Positions 11,217 to 24,815 of a stretch of 64,000 nucleotides of DNA are shown here, piece by piece. Each line of letters begins with the position of its first letter. Within the stretch, counting starts at the first letter, position 1. Position numbers and translations under genes: made by a program. Source of the DNA: Octopus vulgaris (lineage: Eukaryota); NCBI GenBank assembly GCA_951406725.2, contig OX597822.1, positions 4,340,001 through 4,404,000 on the forward strand, read 5' to 3'. The notes below the pieces were generated by a model. That model had not been told where the DNA came from and did not search any database. It was given only the letters and a program-made list of their open reading frames with translations.

Positions 11217-14200
11217 TTACAGGATCATGCTCAAAATGGTTTCGTCACTCGCACGCACCATCTTTGCTACATTCACCCACCTTTTTTTGAAACTTTCACG
11301 AGACAAAACCTGCCTTTCCATTCTCACCTTCCTTTTCAAGTGGTACTTGAAAAAGTTGATGAGCGATTGGCCACAGAGGTAAGTGTTTGTCTCTAATCCT
11401 TTCGCTCAGGTCCACCACACACATTCTTTCACCATAGCAACCAGTACGATGAAAACTGCCTTGCCTTCCCGGTTGAGGGAAGGGGACGGTGCAATTTTCA
11501 CAATAGACTCGGCCAACAGGCAGATACGTCCCACAGGTGACAGCAGCCGTTCGGCATAAGCCCACAGGTCCGAAATGGATGGATACTGCACGAGTGCTCT
11601 GACCGCATCTCGGGCAAGTCGGTCCAGTGTGTCTCGAACCGTGCCTGTAGAGCTTATCCCGAACAGGTAATGCTTCTCGATAGCACTGCCAGGCCAAAGA
11701 TCTTTGGTGATTGTCCATAGGTCCCGGCTCGAAAGTTGTCCTGAACAGGCGGGTCAGGTGTCTCTCGTCGCCGCCCAGATTCTGCCCGAGAACGTCGTCG
11801 CACCTCCTCTCCACTAATCCTCTATAGAACGCCTTTTTTGTAATAAAGTCGCACAAATTTGGTCCCGGACGGCAGAGTTGCTTGAGAGCAGCGCGACACT
11901 CGCGGTGCCATTCGCCTAGCCTCGGTCTCTGATCCACGATTGTAGATCGGCCCAGGAGACGAGCTGCGGGAAAGCGCGTTGCACAAAAGGCGACCACACC
12001 AGTTCACCATTGTCTATGAAGCGCCGGAGATGTCGCAGTCTCAGCGCATGCCTGCGCATCATCAACCACGGCATGCCTAGCCCTCCATTTAGCGGGTGTT
12101 GACAGCAAATGGATCGCCTAACCATCAGACCGCTTCCCTTCCACAGGTAGCGGAAGAGCATGCGTTCCAGTTTGGTGACGGTAGGGTCGGGACAAGGCAC
12201 GACGGTCAGACGATACTCGATGACGGATGCGATGTACGCGTTCGCCACCTCCGCCTGACCTTTTAGGGATAGCTTCCTCTCAGCCCATTGCTGGGTGAGA
12301 GTGGCCATCCAAGTCGTTATTTCGCCCTAGTTCTTCTCCATTTGGAGGTCCGGACCGAACCAGACTCCGAGCAATTTAACCGGTCCGTCGGTCCAGTGTC
12401 CGACGATGGAGACGCTGTTGAACGGCGTGGGCTTGCTTCTCCAGGTGCCGAGCCGCAAGCCCACTGACTTTTCCCGGTTAATTTTTGCTCCCGTTACCGC
12501 TTCGTATTCTTTTAGTGTCTCGCCGACCAGGTCGATGTGCTTGTGGCTCGACACTATGATGGTGACGTCATCCGCGTATGCAGACACGCTCCTCCCGCAT
12601 CCCAGCTCTCGTGGGATGCTCGTCAGCATCGCCAGTTTCCGCAGTAGTGGCTCAAGAGTCAATACATACAGAAGCGATGAGAGGGGGCATCCTTGACGAA
12701 CCGAACGCATGATGTTAAAAGGTTTGGAAAGATGACCATTTATGCGAACTACCGAGCGGATGCCGCTGTATAAGGCAATGATCCAACCGCGGAAGATGGG
12801 ACCGAAACCAGCCGCTTTAAGGACAGCCTCCAAGTAGTGATGGTCTACCCTATCGAAGGCCTTTGATTGATCCAAATTGATCAGCCCCCCACCCATACCA
12901 GGATGTAGCGCATAAGATGGAGGTTGTCATGGATACTCCTACCTGGCACGGCGAACGTTTGCGCCTTGTCGACTAGTTTCTCGATGACAAGCGCCAACCT
13001 CTCGGCTAACACCTTGGCCAAAATTTTCAAATCTGTGTTGGGCAGAGTGATGGGCCTGAAATTATCTATGACGTCCCCCTTGTTTGGATCTTTCTTTAGC
13101 AGTGCCACTGTTCCTTGCTTTACAAAGGCGGGGATACTCCCGTTTTGTTGCCAGTTGCAGTAGACAGCTGCCAAGGCGCCTCCAAACAAGTCTGGCATAT
13201 GAGCATAAAGTTCGTAGGACAGCCTGGTGACTTGTCTCTCGCGCAGCCTGCCATCGCATTCCGTATGTCCGCGGCTGTGATGGGTTTTTCACAATACTCC
13301 GCCTCTCTTGCTGAGAGTCGTGGCAGGGCATGCAGATAGGCACTAAAGTCCACTCTGCGTTCTGACCCACCACTTGTCCCAAACAGTTGGGTAAAGTGAT
13401 GTTGAAAAGCCTCACACATCCTTTCAGGCTCGAGTAATTCGCGCCCCTGTTCATCTGTAAGTGACCTGATGGTGGCTATGTTGCCGCGTTGCGTCTCCAC
13501 TACTCGGGCCCCTCGGGCGGCTTCAACTCCTTCGTTCCTCAGAGCACGCATCCTAGCTCTGACAACGCATCCTTCGTGTTTGGCGTTGAGGTGTTGGTCG
13601 AGGACTAACCTCGCTGCCAGTACGTTGGATGCGATGCCAGTTTTAAGTGCCTTTTCTAAATTATTAACTAATTCTCCCTCTATTCTATTTCGGTCTAATG
13701 CTAGGGCTTTACTGTATCTGACTGATTCTGCCTTAATTGCTTTTTTTAGAGCATACCACCATCTGTTGTTGATTATGGCACCCGTCAATGCTCTCTTTAC
13801 TAATGTGCTAATCTGGTCCCTGTAAGCCAGGCGTGCCGTGAAAGACGCGTTCAGCTTCCAGTAACCAGGACCCTGCCTCTGTGCCTTATCTAAGTCAAGT
13901 GTACAAGTCACAAATTTGTGATCTGTGTAGCTGACTATGTGGTATTGTGGACAACCTACACTATCTTTATCTACTGTCCTACAGAATACTTTATCTAAGT
14001 ACGATCTGGATGACCCGATGCGGTTGCTCCATGTCCACATTGGCACATTCGGGTGGTCCAGTCGGTACATATCAGATTGTTGGAAACGTCTGAGCAGGTC
14101 TTTGAGGCATTTGCACCCCCTCCTATTACTATCTCTGCCCACGTAGTCTTGATGCGTGTCCAAGGTGGCGTTCCAGTCCCCTACTAAAAGTAAAGGTCGA

Positions 14201-14598
14201 GACGTTCTCAGGAAAACCTCTAGACGTCGAAAGAAATCTGGCCGGCCTGTTAAGGATGGTGCATAAACTGTTATCAGTCGAAAAGCACACTCATTGCTGC
14301 CATCGACATCCAAGACGACCAGCCTACCCTCCGGGTCTAGGAAAATTGCTCTTACTTTGAAGTTCAGACTCTTCCGGAGAAGCACCGCGGTGCCACTTCC
14401 GGCCATTCTCGGTAGACACGGAGAAAAATAAATGTTGAAATGTGTGCCGAGCATGTGCTGGAGTGCCCGCGGGCTGTGGAGTCTGGTCTCACTGATGGCT
14501 ATGATATGCAGATTTTGTGACTTGGTGTCGTTTGACAGGTAGCCTTGTTTCCAAGGCGAACCCAAGCCACGTACATTTATACTGCCTATTTTGAGCAT
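11217..14598 (-). pseudogene. LINE ORF2: apurinic-type endonuclease, reverse transcriptase and C-terminal Cys/His motif, split over several frames
   Basis: SINVRGL, AISET, VYAP, GDWNA, SYLD, TDHK, GYWKLN (APE); FRPITL, KAFDRVDH, QGCPLS, YADD (RT); CPRCG; ends ...KRWVNVAKMVRASDETILSMIL*. Confidence 0.93.
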
Positions 14599-14660
14599 GT
14601 TCCAATCGAAAGTTGTGTTTTACACACGAAAGAAGATGAAAAAGAAAGAAAGAGAGAGAG

Positions 14661-16414
14661 TCACTTACTGTCCGAAAGTTCTTTGTTCTTCACCTCACAT
14701 TCTTCTCCCAGAAGGTTTTTGTACAGTTTTTTCGACAAATATTTTTGAAATCTCCCAACTGCATCAGGGTAGAGAGATTTTAGGATGCTGTGTGTGTTCT
14801 GTGTTATGTGTATGATTTTAATGTGTTGTGGTGGTGTTGTGCGTTGGTGATTATTTGTTTTGATGTCATTTTCGGTTATGTCGGTGTTTGACCTAATGTA
14901 TTCCATTAGGTCGGGGTTGTTGGAGTTTATGGCTGTCAACATTCTTGGGGGGTTTGGTGGTAGTGTGTTTGTGTTGATGTGCATGTTTTCTGCGGGTGTT
15001 TTAGTTTCGGGAGTGGTAAACCTCCCTGCTTTGTTTGTCTGCTTCTCTATTCTTTTTCCCCCTTTTTTCTCCTCCCCCCTCCTGTGGCTATTTGCCAATC
15101 CTCTGTGTCGTCTACATCTGATGACGTGTCAGAGGAATCATAAGGTGGGAGGGGAAGTGTATTGGGGTCTATTTCTGACTGTGTTGTTGGTGTTGGTGCT
15201 GGTTGGTGACAGTTGGGGTGTGGTGTATGGGTTTTGGGAGGTGGGGTATGGGTCTTTTTTGTTTTCTCTTCCTCCTTTGAAGTTGTTGTTGGTGGTGGTG
15301 GTGGTGGTGGTGGTGATGATGGTGTTGTTTCTGTTCTTGGTGACGCTGGTGGTGGTGTTGTTTGGTTGGGCTGACTTATTGGTTGGTGATCTTTCATTTG
15401 TTCATATAGTTTTTTGATTAGTTATGCATATGGCGATGTGGGTAGTAGTGCTGGTTTTTTGTGTGGTTTTTGGTTTTCTTGTGGTTGTTGTTGTTTTTCA
15501 TGATCTTGTTGTTATTGTTGTTGTTGTTTCTGTGCTAGTGGGCACTTATTTTGTAAGTTTGCATTGCTACCACAAACGTAGCAACGAGGCTTTCTGCCTT
15601 CGACGGCTACATATAAACTCGAACCGTTCCTCGATTGAATTCTATGCGGAATTTTCTCCTGGATCATTGGATTTATCTGAGCGAGGATGTGGATTTCTCG
15701 GTCGATCCAGTATTGATGGTTTACGATAGCGATTTCCAAAATATTGATTTCGTCTTCGATGTCGTAGCATATGGCGGACACGAGATATTTCCAATTCAGG
15801 AGGTACATTCCTTATTTTAATTTTTGTAACCCTACGGCCAAGGTATGTAGAGATCATTAATAAATTTTCGAATTGGAGGGACTTTGTGGAGAGGTCCTTG
15901 GCTCTTTCTCACTATCGAATCGAACTTCGATGGTGGCAAATTTGTTGCCCTTTGTGATATAGTTTTAAAGGCCCATATAGGCTTTAAACATTTTTCGACA
16001 TTTTCTTGTGTGGCCTTTTCGTATAGCCTTGTTTTGAGGTTGAATGTTTTGTAGATAATTGGGGGGTTTTTTTCGATTTTTTCTGTGATGTCTTGAGGTG
16101 TCTGTAGTTGTATGCTGAGGTTGTTTGTCTTTTTTTAGCATTGCTTTACAGGCAAGTAGTTCGTCCTTCGAAAAAGATACGTAAGATTTCTTTAGCTTTA
16201 AAGCTGCGGCAAAATTGTTTTCAGTATTCGTGTCGCTTGAGGTGGTGATGGCGGTGGAGGTGGTAGTAGTGGTAGAGCCAGTAGCAGAAACAGCAGTAGC
16301 AGAAGCGCTTTCTAAGGGTTGTGTGCGTTCACGCGGAACGGCTTTGTTTTCAGCTTCCTTCGCCTCTGGCATTGGTAGAGGCGGCAATTCGGCCTCGTGG
16401 TTTCGCATAGCCAT
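14661..16414 (-). pseudogene. LINE ORF1 (Gag-like nucleic-acid-binding protein), frameshifted
   Basis: Starts MAMRNHEAE; KIKIRNVPP motif; zinc knuckle variant CYVCGSNANLQNKC; low-complexity Pro/Thr tail; lies immediately upstream of ORF2. Confidence 0.82.
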
Positions 16415-16630
16415 ATTTGTTTAGATATATGGCAAAGAAATCGAAGAAAATGGAATTGTAAACAAGTTTGAAACTAACCCTAAGGCTCAATTCCTCCCTT
16501 GAAAATACACTCAAACGCAAGCTGGGTGCTTTACACACCTTATGTGTAAAATTTCAAACAAAATATGTGCAATAGAAGGACGAAAAGGGGAGGTTACCTG
16601 CGGAGCCGATGCGACATCACGTCTGTCCAG

Positions 16631-16636
16631 GACAGA

Positions 16637-16681
<45 letters not shown>

Positions 16682-16745
16682 GGACGGACGGACGGACGGA
16701 CGGACGGACGGACGGACAGACAGACAGACAGACAAACAGACTGAC

Positions 16746-16841
<96 letters not shown>
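16631..16841. repeat. (GATA)/(GACA)/(GACG)n compound microsatellite
   Basis: Direct reading. Confidence 0.96.
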
Positions 16842-17213
16842 GTAATATAGTTTCATAATTCCGCTAGTGTTTTGAATATGAAATATTGTCTATACGTGTA
16901 CACATGGACACATACACACATGCACACGTGCACACGTGCACGCACACTAGAACGCACGAGTGCAATACTATGCGTATGTGCGTGCGTGTGTGTGTGTGTG
17001 TGTGTGTGTAAGTAAGTGTGAGTATGTTTCACATGTGTATCATGTTAGTACTAATAATTTTCCTTGTCGTCACGTTTCACTTCGACTGACAACTTGTTTG
17101 TCTTGCAGCAAGGTATGGAAAGACATATTTTCTTGTTTCCTTACTCAGACAATATATGCTCTTCGTCTCCTTTTTCTCCATCTCCTCTCTCCGTCTCTCT
17201 CTCTCTCTCTCTT

Positions 17214-17252
<39 letters not shown>

Positions 17253-18568
17253 CTCTGTTTTATTTTATTCGGTTAGCAACCAAAGTTCTTCAGATAAGTA
17301 GATTTTACTCCGTATAGATTAGCGACTGAACATTACATATACTTATATTTACGTACCAGTGTATATGTGTCTGTATATACGTGCGTATATACGTTTGCTT
17401 GTATGTGTGTGTATGTATGCCTGTACGTATATGTGTATATACATGTAACTTTGAATGCATATATGAATATGTGTATATATATGTATCTTTATATGAATGA
17501 GAAAATGAGAGACGTTGTCCGTGTATATATCTATATACACTCATAGGTGTATGTATATTTACATATATACACTGATTATGTTTATGCTAATGTAAAATAT
17601 ATATTTTAAGTATATCTTGTTCGGTTTTTATTATTTGTACATACGTGTATGTGTCAAAAAGATCGTGTGTATATGTGTATAGGTGTATACGTATACAAAT
17701 GCGCTGTGTCTTAATAGCAATGTATGTATATATGTGAGTGTGTATGCGTACCTGCATGTGTGTGCATTCGCGTGGACTATGCGTATCTGTACGTCTCTCC
17801 GCATCTATTTATCTATGTATTTTCAACCGACATATGGATGAATTTGTGTGTTTGTGTGTTTATGTGCATGTCTCTATACATGTGTGTGTGATTACGTATG
17901 TATGTGTAATATGCGTCTGTGTGTGTGGACTAAGGTTTCTCTCCTATCTTTGCAAAACGCTTATCTCAGCCACTAGAAATGATTATGATGGTTGAATGGT
18001 TTCCGACAGAAAAAAAAAAAGAAACGATGTTATGAACTGCACAGAGAGAAAGAGGGAGAGAAAGGTGGAGAGACAGACAGACAGACAGAGAAAGGGGGAG
18101 AAAGAGGAGGGAGAGAGAGAGAGAGAAGGTTTCTTCGCTGAATAAGATATATTGTTAGAAGACACTCTACAGAGCGGAAACGATTTGAAGAGGTGGAACG
18201 AAGGAACTGAGACACGTGTTAGAGAAGGACTATGGCATGGAGTAGGATGTGGTTAGTGTGTATGTGAAAGGAAGGAAGGAAGGAAGAAAGAAAGAAAGGG
18301 TGGCATGGGGTGTAAGGGAGGAGCGACGACTCGAGGAGGAGAGAAACGAATGGAAAAGTAAACAAGAATACGAAAGTGCGAAACAAAGAAAGAAGTCGGG
18401 AGAAGTAAAGAAAACACCGTTGAGATGCGGTGAGGTGGTCTTGGATGGAGGGTACGAAATATGAGTGTGTGTGTATAGTTTATATGGATACATTGTTTCT
18501 ACTTAGCTTTCGTATAAAATCTCGTGCACATACACACTCACACACACACAAACACACACACACACACA

Positions 18569-18612
<44 letters not shown>

Positions 18613-19360
18613 CATACATGGACACACCGACTTTATACAACCAAAGTATAAACAAGGGATATAGATAGATAGACAGACATATATATACATGTATATATAT
18701 ACATATATATATTAAAACATATATATACATATATATGCATATATATATACATATATATATAAATACAAATATCTCTAGATATAAATACTTATATATATAT
18801 ACATATATATACATACATACATACATACATACATACATACATACATACATACATACATACATACATACATACATACATACATAAATACACACACACATAC
18901 ATATATCCTTTGATTACCTTATATTTAGTTGCGTTGCCGTCGTCCTTGTTCCATCATTGATATTGATTTCGTCGACATAGTTACGTAGAATGAGTCCACT
19001 CGTTGAAGCAATGGTTGATGGCGTATTGTACGTTATAAATGTTATAACATAACAGACGACAGCAAAAAAGAGAGAACTTTCGGTGAATTAATAAAAGAGG
19101 ACTACTTCTCTTTGAAAATTACACAGTAGAATTGTAAGAGAGAATGGCTCTGACATTTGCAACTGTTGTATACTAAACCTTGTGACATATTGTTTGTTAT
19201 TTATTATTCTTTAACGCTCGACTAAAAGATTTGACTCGTTCCTTCGTCAGCGGTGGCTGTAAATGCTTTGACAAAGAAAACTATATTTCTAAAACTGTTT
19301 GTGTGGCTCTAAATCTATGGCAAATCATGAATGCTATATTGCAACTTATGAACATAGCCC

Positions 19361-19795
19361 GGATCTTTTCGGTTTGACCGGCAGTTTTTTCTAACAGTGT
19401 CATATGAAATTGTCACCCATAATTATGACCCTAGTATCGATCTACTGCATTTCAGTCTATTTTAGAGTTAGGGTTAGTTTGGGTTAGGGTTAGGGTTAGG
19501 GGTGGGGGGAAGGGTATCTTTTTTTTTTCACAAATGTAAATAAACCCAATCTGTTTCTTAAACGAGGGACATTCATATGGCACAGAATGTTGTTTACCTC
19601 AATGGACGTCAGTGATTGGTTGAAATTGCAGAAATTGAAGAAAAAAACAACAAATATCTTACAAACTATAGAATTTTCTCAATAAAACCAAGAGAAAAAG
19701 ATGTTTTATAAACATATTCTACCAGTATACGAAGTTTCAAATTTTTAGTTACCTAGAAATTATGTTAAAAACTGCCGTTCAAACCGAAAAGATCC
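19361..19795 (+). mobile_element. Non-autonomous TIR element (MITE) with internal (TTAGGG)n; copy 1
   Basis: TIR GGATCTTTTCGGTTTGA.CGGCAGTTTT / AAAACTGCCGTTCAAACCGAAAAGATCC; degenerate 8-bp TSD CATAGCCC/CACAGTCC; TTAGGG run ~19469-19501; inverted homologue at 61388-61818. Confidence 0.9.
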
Positions 19796-20327
19796 CACAG
19801 TCCACTCCCGATATATTTGCGAAAGAAATTTAACTTTCTGACAAAATAAAACACAATGTTTATGCTTGAAACAGATTCGTGGTTCTCAGGTTCGTGTGAG
19901 GCTGATGGAACTATTTTCATATAAAAACTTCGTGTTGGTCTCTTGGCATGTAACCTTTCATTGTTGACAAAACCTGTTTTGGAAAGTGTATCAGAAAGTA
20001 CGGGTGAAATTTCCTCAGGATTCTCTGCTATTCGAGACTTCAACAACCTGCAGCTTTCGAAAGAAATAGTGCAGTTATTAATAAGAAGGTTTGAAATTAA
20101 TGCATGCAGGATTCTGCCGCTCTAGCATCACTCCTTCACAGTAATCCTACGAAGCTTTCGGCCCTCCCTCATAGTTTATGTTTGATACCTATGTTTCTGG
20201 ATCAGTTTTATTGAACTAAACTTTGTGTTTGTCTCTTCTGAAGCCTAAAATATTGGCAGAGCTGACAGACACTTTTTCTTGAATTCTGTCCGTAAAATAT
20301 CACTGGGTGGATATGTACATATATCTA

Positions 20328-20359
<32 letters not shown>

Positions 20360-21101
20360 CCTCCACCAATACTAATTGACAACCGGTGTTGGTGTGTTTA
20401 CGTCCCCGTAAATTAGCATCTAAAAAATAATAAGTAGTGGGGTCGATACATTCGATTAAAAATTCTTCAAGGCGGTGCCCCATCATGGCCGCAGTCACAT
20501 GACTGAAACAAGTAAAAGATCAATGATAAAATATGATAGGGTATTTTAAGCATCGAATGAGTAAGGTAGGAATTAAAGAATTCCATAGGTTAAAAAAATT
20601 ACTGAGAACCACTATTTTAGAAGTTTCTTTATTCGCTCGGCCGTCGAGTGGTATATGTGGGATTGCTGAGGCGTTTAAGACGTTTAGCAGTGAACACTCC
20701 ACCAACAGAAAATAGGGGCTTCACGATTATAAGCTTGCAGCCAAAGCGTCTGTTTTACTATGTCTCATTTTCACGTTCTCAGAAGTATAAGGATTCGAAC
20801 CCCTCTGTAATATATCATCTAGAGCATTCCCAGTTTTACGCCGCATAATTTGCGACTATAAACAATAGGAGCTGTTAGAGCTCAAAAATTTGATATGTTT
20901 GTTAAATTTCGTTGATGACTTCTATTCCATTTGTAAGAAATTTTATCAGCGATAGAACAGCGTCTCATCTAGTTTAGATTTTTCTTACCCGATTGCCACC
21001 AACGAAACTGAAGATATAAGTTCAAACACAGAAGGGATGTTTGATTAGAGATAAGCCACTCTATGTCGTTCTTTTATATAAAATTACATCTATCAGTTAT
21101 A

Positions 21102-21664
21102 TTGGGTTGTCTGGAAAGTTCGTGCCGATGTTTAAAGGAAAGAAAAAGGTCAATAAATACTTGCCATTACATTTTTAATCAACCAAATATGAACCATTTT
21201 ATTGCACAATGCGTCTCCATCTTTCCTTTAACTTGAAAATACCATCTTCCCAGAATTGAGGGGATTTCATGGCAAAGAATTCAAGGTATCTTTTTACGTC
21301 ATCCAAGGAATTGAAATTTTTACCATTAAGGCTATTCTGCAGAGACCTGAATAAGTGGAAATCCGAAGGAGCAATATCTGGTGAATATGGAGGGTGGGTT
21401 AACACATCCCAGCCGAGCTGCAGCAATTTTTGTCTGGTTTCCAAAGCATCAAGTTCCGAAAATGAACTTTCTTATCTTCCATTTTAAAGGGTTACATAAT
21501 TAACACAGGTTATAGGAACATAAACCTTCTTTCACGAAAAGATAGCTTAAACTGTGCTCAAAATGGAGGTGTAGTCAAATCCTATTTTATGGACTCAACC
21601 ATGTTCTAAAATAAGTCGAAAGGTAAGCTACTATAAATCGGCACGAACTTTTCAGACAACCCAA
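21102..21664 (-). mobile_element. Internally deleted mariner (Tc1/mariner) element
   Basis: TA-flanked ~28-bp TIRs TTGGGTTGTCTG(G/A)AAAGTTCGTGCCGAT; transposase N-terminus MEDKKVHFRNLMLW (ATG 21482) fused out of frame to the C-terminus with HPPYSPDIAPSDFHLF. Confidence 0.95.
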
Positions 21665-22125
21665 TACAATAATAGCTATATGCATTGTGCCGTTTGTGCC
21701 TCATGGGAGCATCTATGTCAACTTATTTCTTACATTATACAAATTTCAATTTTTAAGATTTGCACAACAGTCGCCAAAAAGTTATTACTACCAGCAGCTC
21801 CATATTATATGCATATCTCAACGGAGTAGTTTGGGCCTTGTCCACATAACTGTATGTAACCTACGATACAGCTTATTGTTTGTTGAAAATAGTGGTGGCT
21901 CTATAAAATAATGTTTGTTTGTTTGTTTTTAATTGTTCAGTATTGAGTTCAAGTCAGAAATCGGTGATCAATGGAATAACCCAACGAAATAACTCTATAA
22001 ACCGTATTGACGTAAATTATTTGGCTGTTGTTTTAGCCTCAATCCAACAGATTCCATGCTGTCTTATAGCCAAAAGCTTCCCATCCATCCTATCTTATTT
22101 TCGGACGTAATATATCTAGGACAGT

Positions 22126-22420
22126 GAAGGCGCGTGGCTTAGTGGTTAGGGTGTTTGGTTCACGATCGTAAGGTCATGAGTCCAATTCCCGGCGACGCCA
22201 TGTGTCCTTGAGCAAGACACTTCATTTTCACGTTGCTCCAGTCCACTCAGCTGGCAAAAATGAGTAGTGTCTGTATTTCAAAGGGCCAGCCTTCTATGCA
22301 CTCTGTGTCATACTGTATCTTGAAAATTGCGTTTACGGAGTACTCAGCCACTTGCACGTTAATATTCCGTTGATCTGACCAACAGAAATCCCGTCGTCGT
22401 TACCGATGGCCTGCCAGTTT
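22126..22420 (+). mobile_element. tRNA-derived SINE (family C group)
   Basis: GGCGCGTGGCTTAGTGGTTAG head; TTGAGCAAGACACTTCATTTTCACGTTGCTCCAGTCCACTCAGCTG shared with 54600-54848. Confidence 0.8.
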
Positions 22421-22674
22421 TATATCTAGGACCACATGATCCAATATGTTCTTCCTCTTTCTTAAAGAAGTTAGGATATGATTAACTCAGGTTGATTTGG
22501 TTGCTATTTCTAGCTGTTGAAGTGACTATGCAAAAGTTCCATTGTAGATGTACACGAAGCAGCCATAAATAGCTTTCTACGAATCGATTTAGTATATGGT
22601 TCCGTTTGAATGTCTCCTTCTTCTACAAACATCCGACCTTAAAATTACTTAGAAGAAATAAGAATTTTTAATCC

Positions 22675-22715
22675 ACATTGATCTTCATTCGAAATGATCG
22701 AATGAAGATCAATGT
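22675..22715. other. Perfect 18-bp inverted repeat with 5-nt loop
   Basis: ACATTGATCTTCATTCGA-AATGA-TCGAATGAAGATCAATGT. Confidence 0.9.
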
Positions 22716-22996
22716 TTATTAAAACAAAATATCTAAAAAGTCTCGTTGTTGTGGTCACAGATGGACAAGTGGATTGATTACTAGACAACTAATCTTAAAA
22801 TCGATGGCTTGAAATTTATCACCAATACTACATTGTAGTATTGTACGAAACACGTCACTTTTAAATAACTCGGTTCATCTGATTGAAATGATTTCCTGCA
22901 AAGCAGCAGGAAACATTTGTAAAGTGATAAATGTTTCAAAGCTTTGCCATGCTTAATTCAGTTCCTACAGAGAATCGGGAGGCATTCGAATCACGA

Positions 22997-23049
<53 letters not shown>

Positions 23050-23255
23050 CACAAACAGAGAGAGAGAGAGAGAGAAAGCGACAGACAGGTAGACAGACGG
23101 ATATGCAGGCAGAAAGAAAGACAGACAGGTAGGTAGGTAGGTAGGTAGGTAGACAGATAGATAGACAGACAGACAGACATACAGACAGACAGACAGACAG
23201 ACAGACGGACGGACGGACGGACGGACGGACGGACGGACAGACAGACGGATGGACG

Positions 23256-23286
<31 letters not shown>

Positions 23287-23458
23287 AGATATATATAGAT
23301 AGATAGAGTTTCACACATACATACACCCACACATTGCACACATACGTGTGTGCGTGTGTGTGTGTGTATGTGTGCGTGTGTGTGTGTGTGTATATGTGTG
23401 CGTGTGTGTGTGTGTATGTGTGCGTGTGTGTGTGTATATGTGTGCGTGTGTATTTGTG

Positions 23459-23504
<46 letters not shown>

Positions 23505-23916
23505 CGTGTGTGTGTGTGTATGTGTGCGTGTGTGTGTGTATATGTGTGCGTGTGTATTTGTGCGTGTATGTGTGTGTGTATGTGTGCGTGTGTGTGTGTG
23601 TGTGTGTGTATGTGTGCGTGTAAATATAGGCGCAGGCGTGGCTGTGTGGTAAGAAGTTTGTTTTGCAGCCGCGTGGTTCCAGGTTCAGTCGCAATGTGTG
23701 TATATTATCCACAAGGGACTATACACAACAAATAATATTTCATTCTATACAATGAGAATTACTTGCGACACACATGGTAGGTAAAAATGAGCAAGACATT
23801 AGACAATGCAGTTCTTCGTACTGAAACAAAAGGTAGGATGGTTACGGCTAAACACCTTTGTTCTGAAATCTGTTCGATCAGATCTGACCTGGGATTAAAC
23901 AGCAACAAGAGCAACA

Positions 23917-24215
23917 TTTACATTTCACTCTTGAACACCCATGTTAACCTCGCGCACTCAGACACACCTACACCTGGGAGCACACACGTAAACACACGTA
24001 AACACACGAAAGTACAAAACACATTTACATAGACACGAGCCAACGAAGACACCTATAGGTGGTCGTTCAATTTGCTAGAAATAGCAGCGAATTCTCTTTC
24101 TCGAAATCACACAATACAGACATACATAAAAAAAAACATTTATATAACCATGAGCCAAATAAAAAAAAACATAGGTGGTTATTCGATTTACTAGAAATAA
24201 CAACTTTCGAAATCA
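23917..24215 (+). repeat. ~300-bp inverted duplication, arm 1
   Basis: Reverse complement of 27503-27803 with few differences. Confidence 0.9.
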
Positions 24216-24496
24216 AAAAAATATGCAGTAGCTTTGTGAAAAGTCGGTATCTAACCTGGCTATGATGGAGTTTTTGTTTTTAATAAGAGCCGCTCGTCCT
24301 ACTTGAATTTGATCCATATCTACCCACAAACCACTGTCTTTAAAAGGACGCATTTATGGAAAGTTACTGGATGAGTCGATAAATCACGAAAAACATTTTG
24401 TATTCATATACCACCAGCCGCACTGTATTGTATCCATATCTCAACACAGGAATGTTAGCCGTGTCCATTTAACTGCAAGTATATAACATACAATGT

Positions 24497-24815
24497 GGAG
24501 GCGCAATGGCCCAGTGGTTAGGGCAGCGGACTCGTGGTCGGAGGATCGCAATTTCGATTCCCAGACCGGGCGCTGTGCGTGTTTATTGAGCGAAAATACC
24601 TAAAGCTCCACAAGGCTCCGGCAGGGTGTGGTGGCGACCCCTGTTGTACTCTTTCACCCCAACTTTCTCTCACTCTCTCTTCCTGTTTCTTGAGTAACGC
24701 TGCGATGGACTGGCGTCCCGTCCAGCTGAGGGGAACTCATACGCCACAGAAACCAGGAAACCGGGCCCATGAGCCTAGCTTAGGCTTGAAAAGGGCGCAG
24801 AAAATAAGAAGAATA
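24497..24815 (+). mobile_element. tRNA-derived SINE (family C group)
   Basis: GGAGGCGCAATGGCCCAGTGGTTAG...TTCGATTCCC head; homologous to 55480-55795. Confidence 0.82.

Larger units (their letters stand above)
10895..16630 (-). mobile_element. Apparently full-length (~5.7 kb) Tx1/L1-group LINE, inactivated by frameshifts, embedded in GATA/GACA microsatellite
   Basis: 5' UTR, ORF1, ORF2 (APE, RT, Zn) and 3' UTR in order; (GATA)n at 10838-10894 and GACA/GATA at 16631-16841. Confidence 0.93.

Noticed and set aside
13120-14598. Functional 492-aa host endonuclease gene or active LINE
   Set aside because: It is the first part of LINE ORF2, which is broken by multiple frameshifts downstream (assuming the assembly is accurate).
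19469-19501. True telomere or chromosome-fusion site
   Set aside because: Only a few TTAGGG units, internal to a TIR element present twice.
19765-20046. 93-aa minus-strand ORF behind an acceptor-like CTGCAG
   Set aside because: No recognisable homology or donor site; it runs into the MITE TIR.
24497-24570. tRNA genes at SINE heads
   Set aside because: A/B boxes are present but no clean cloverleaf; each continues into a shared SINE body.
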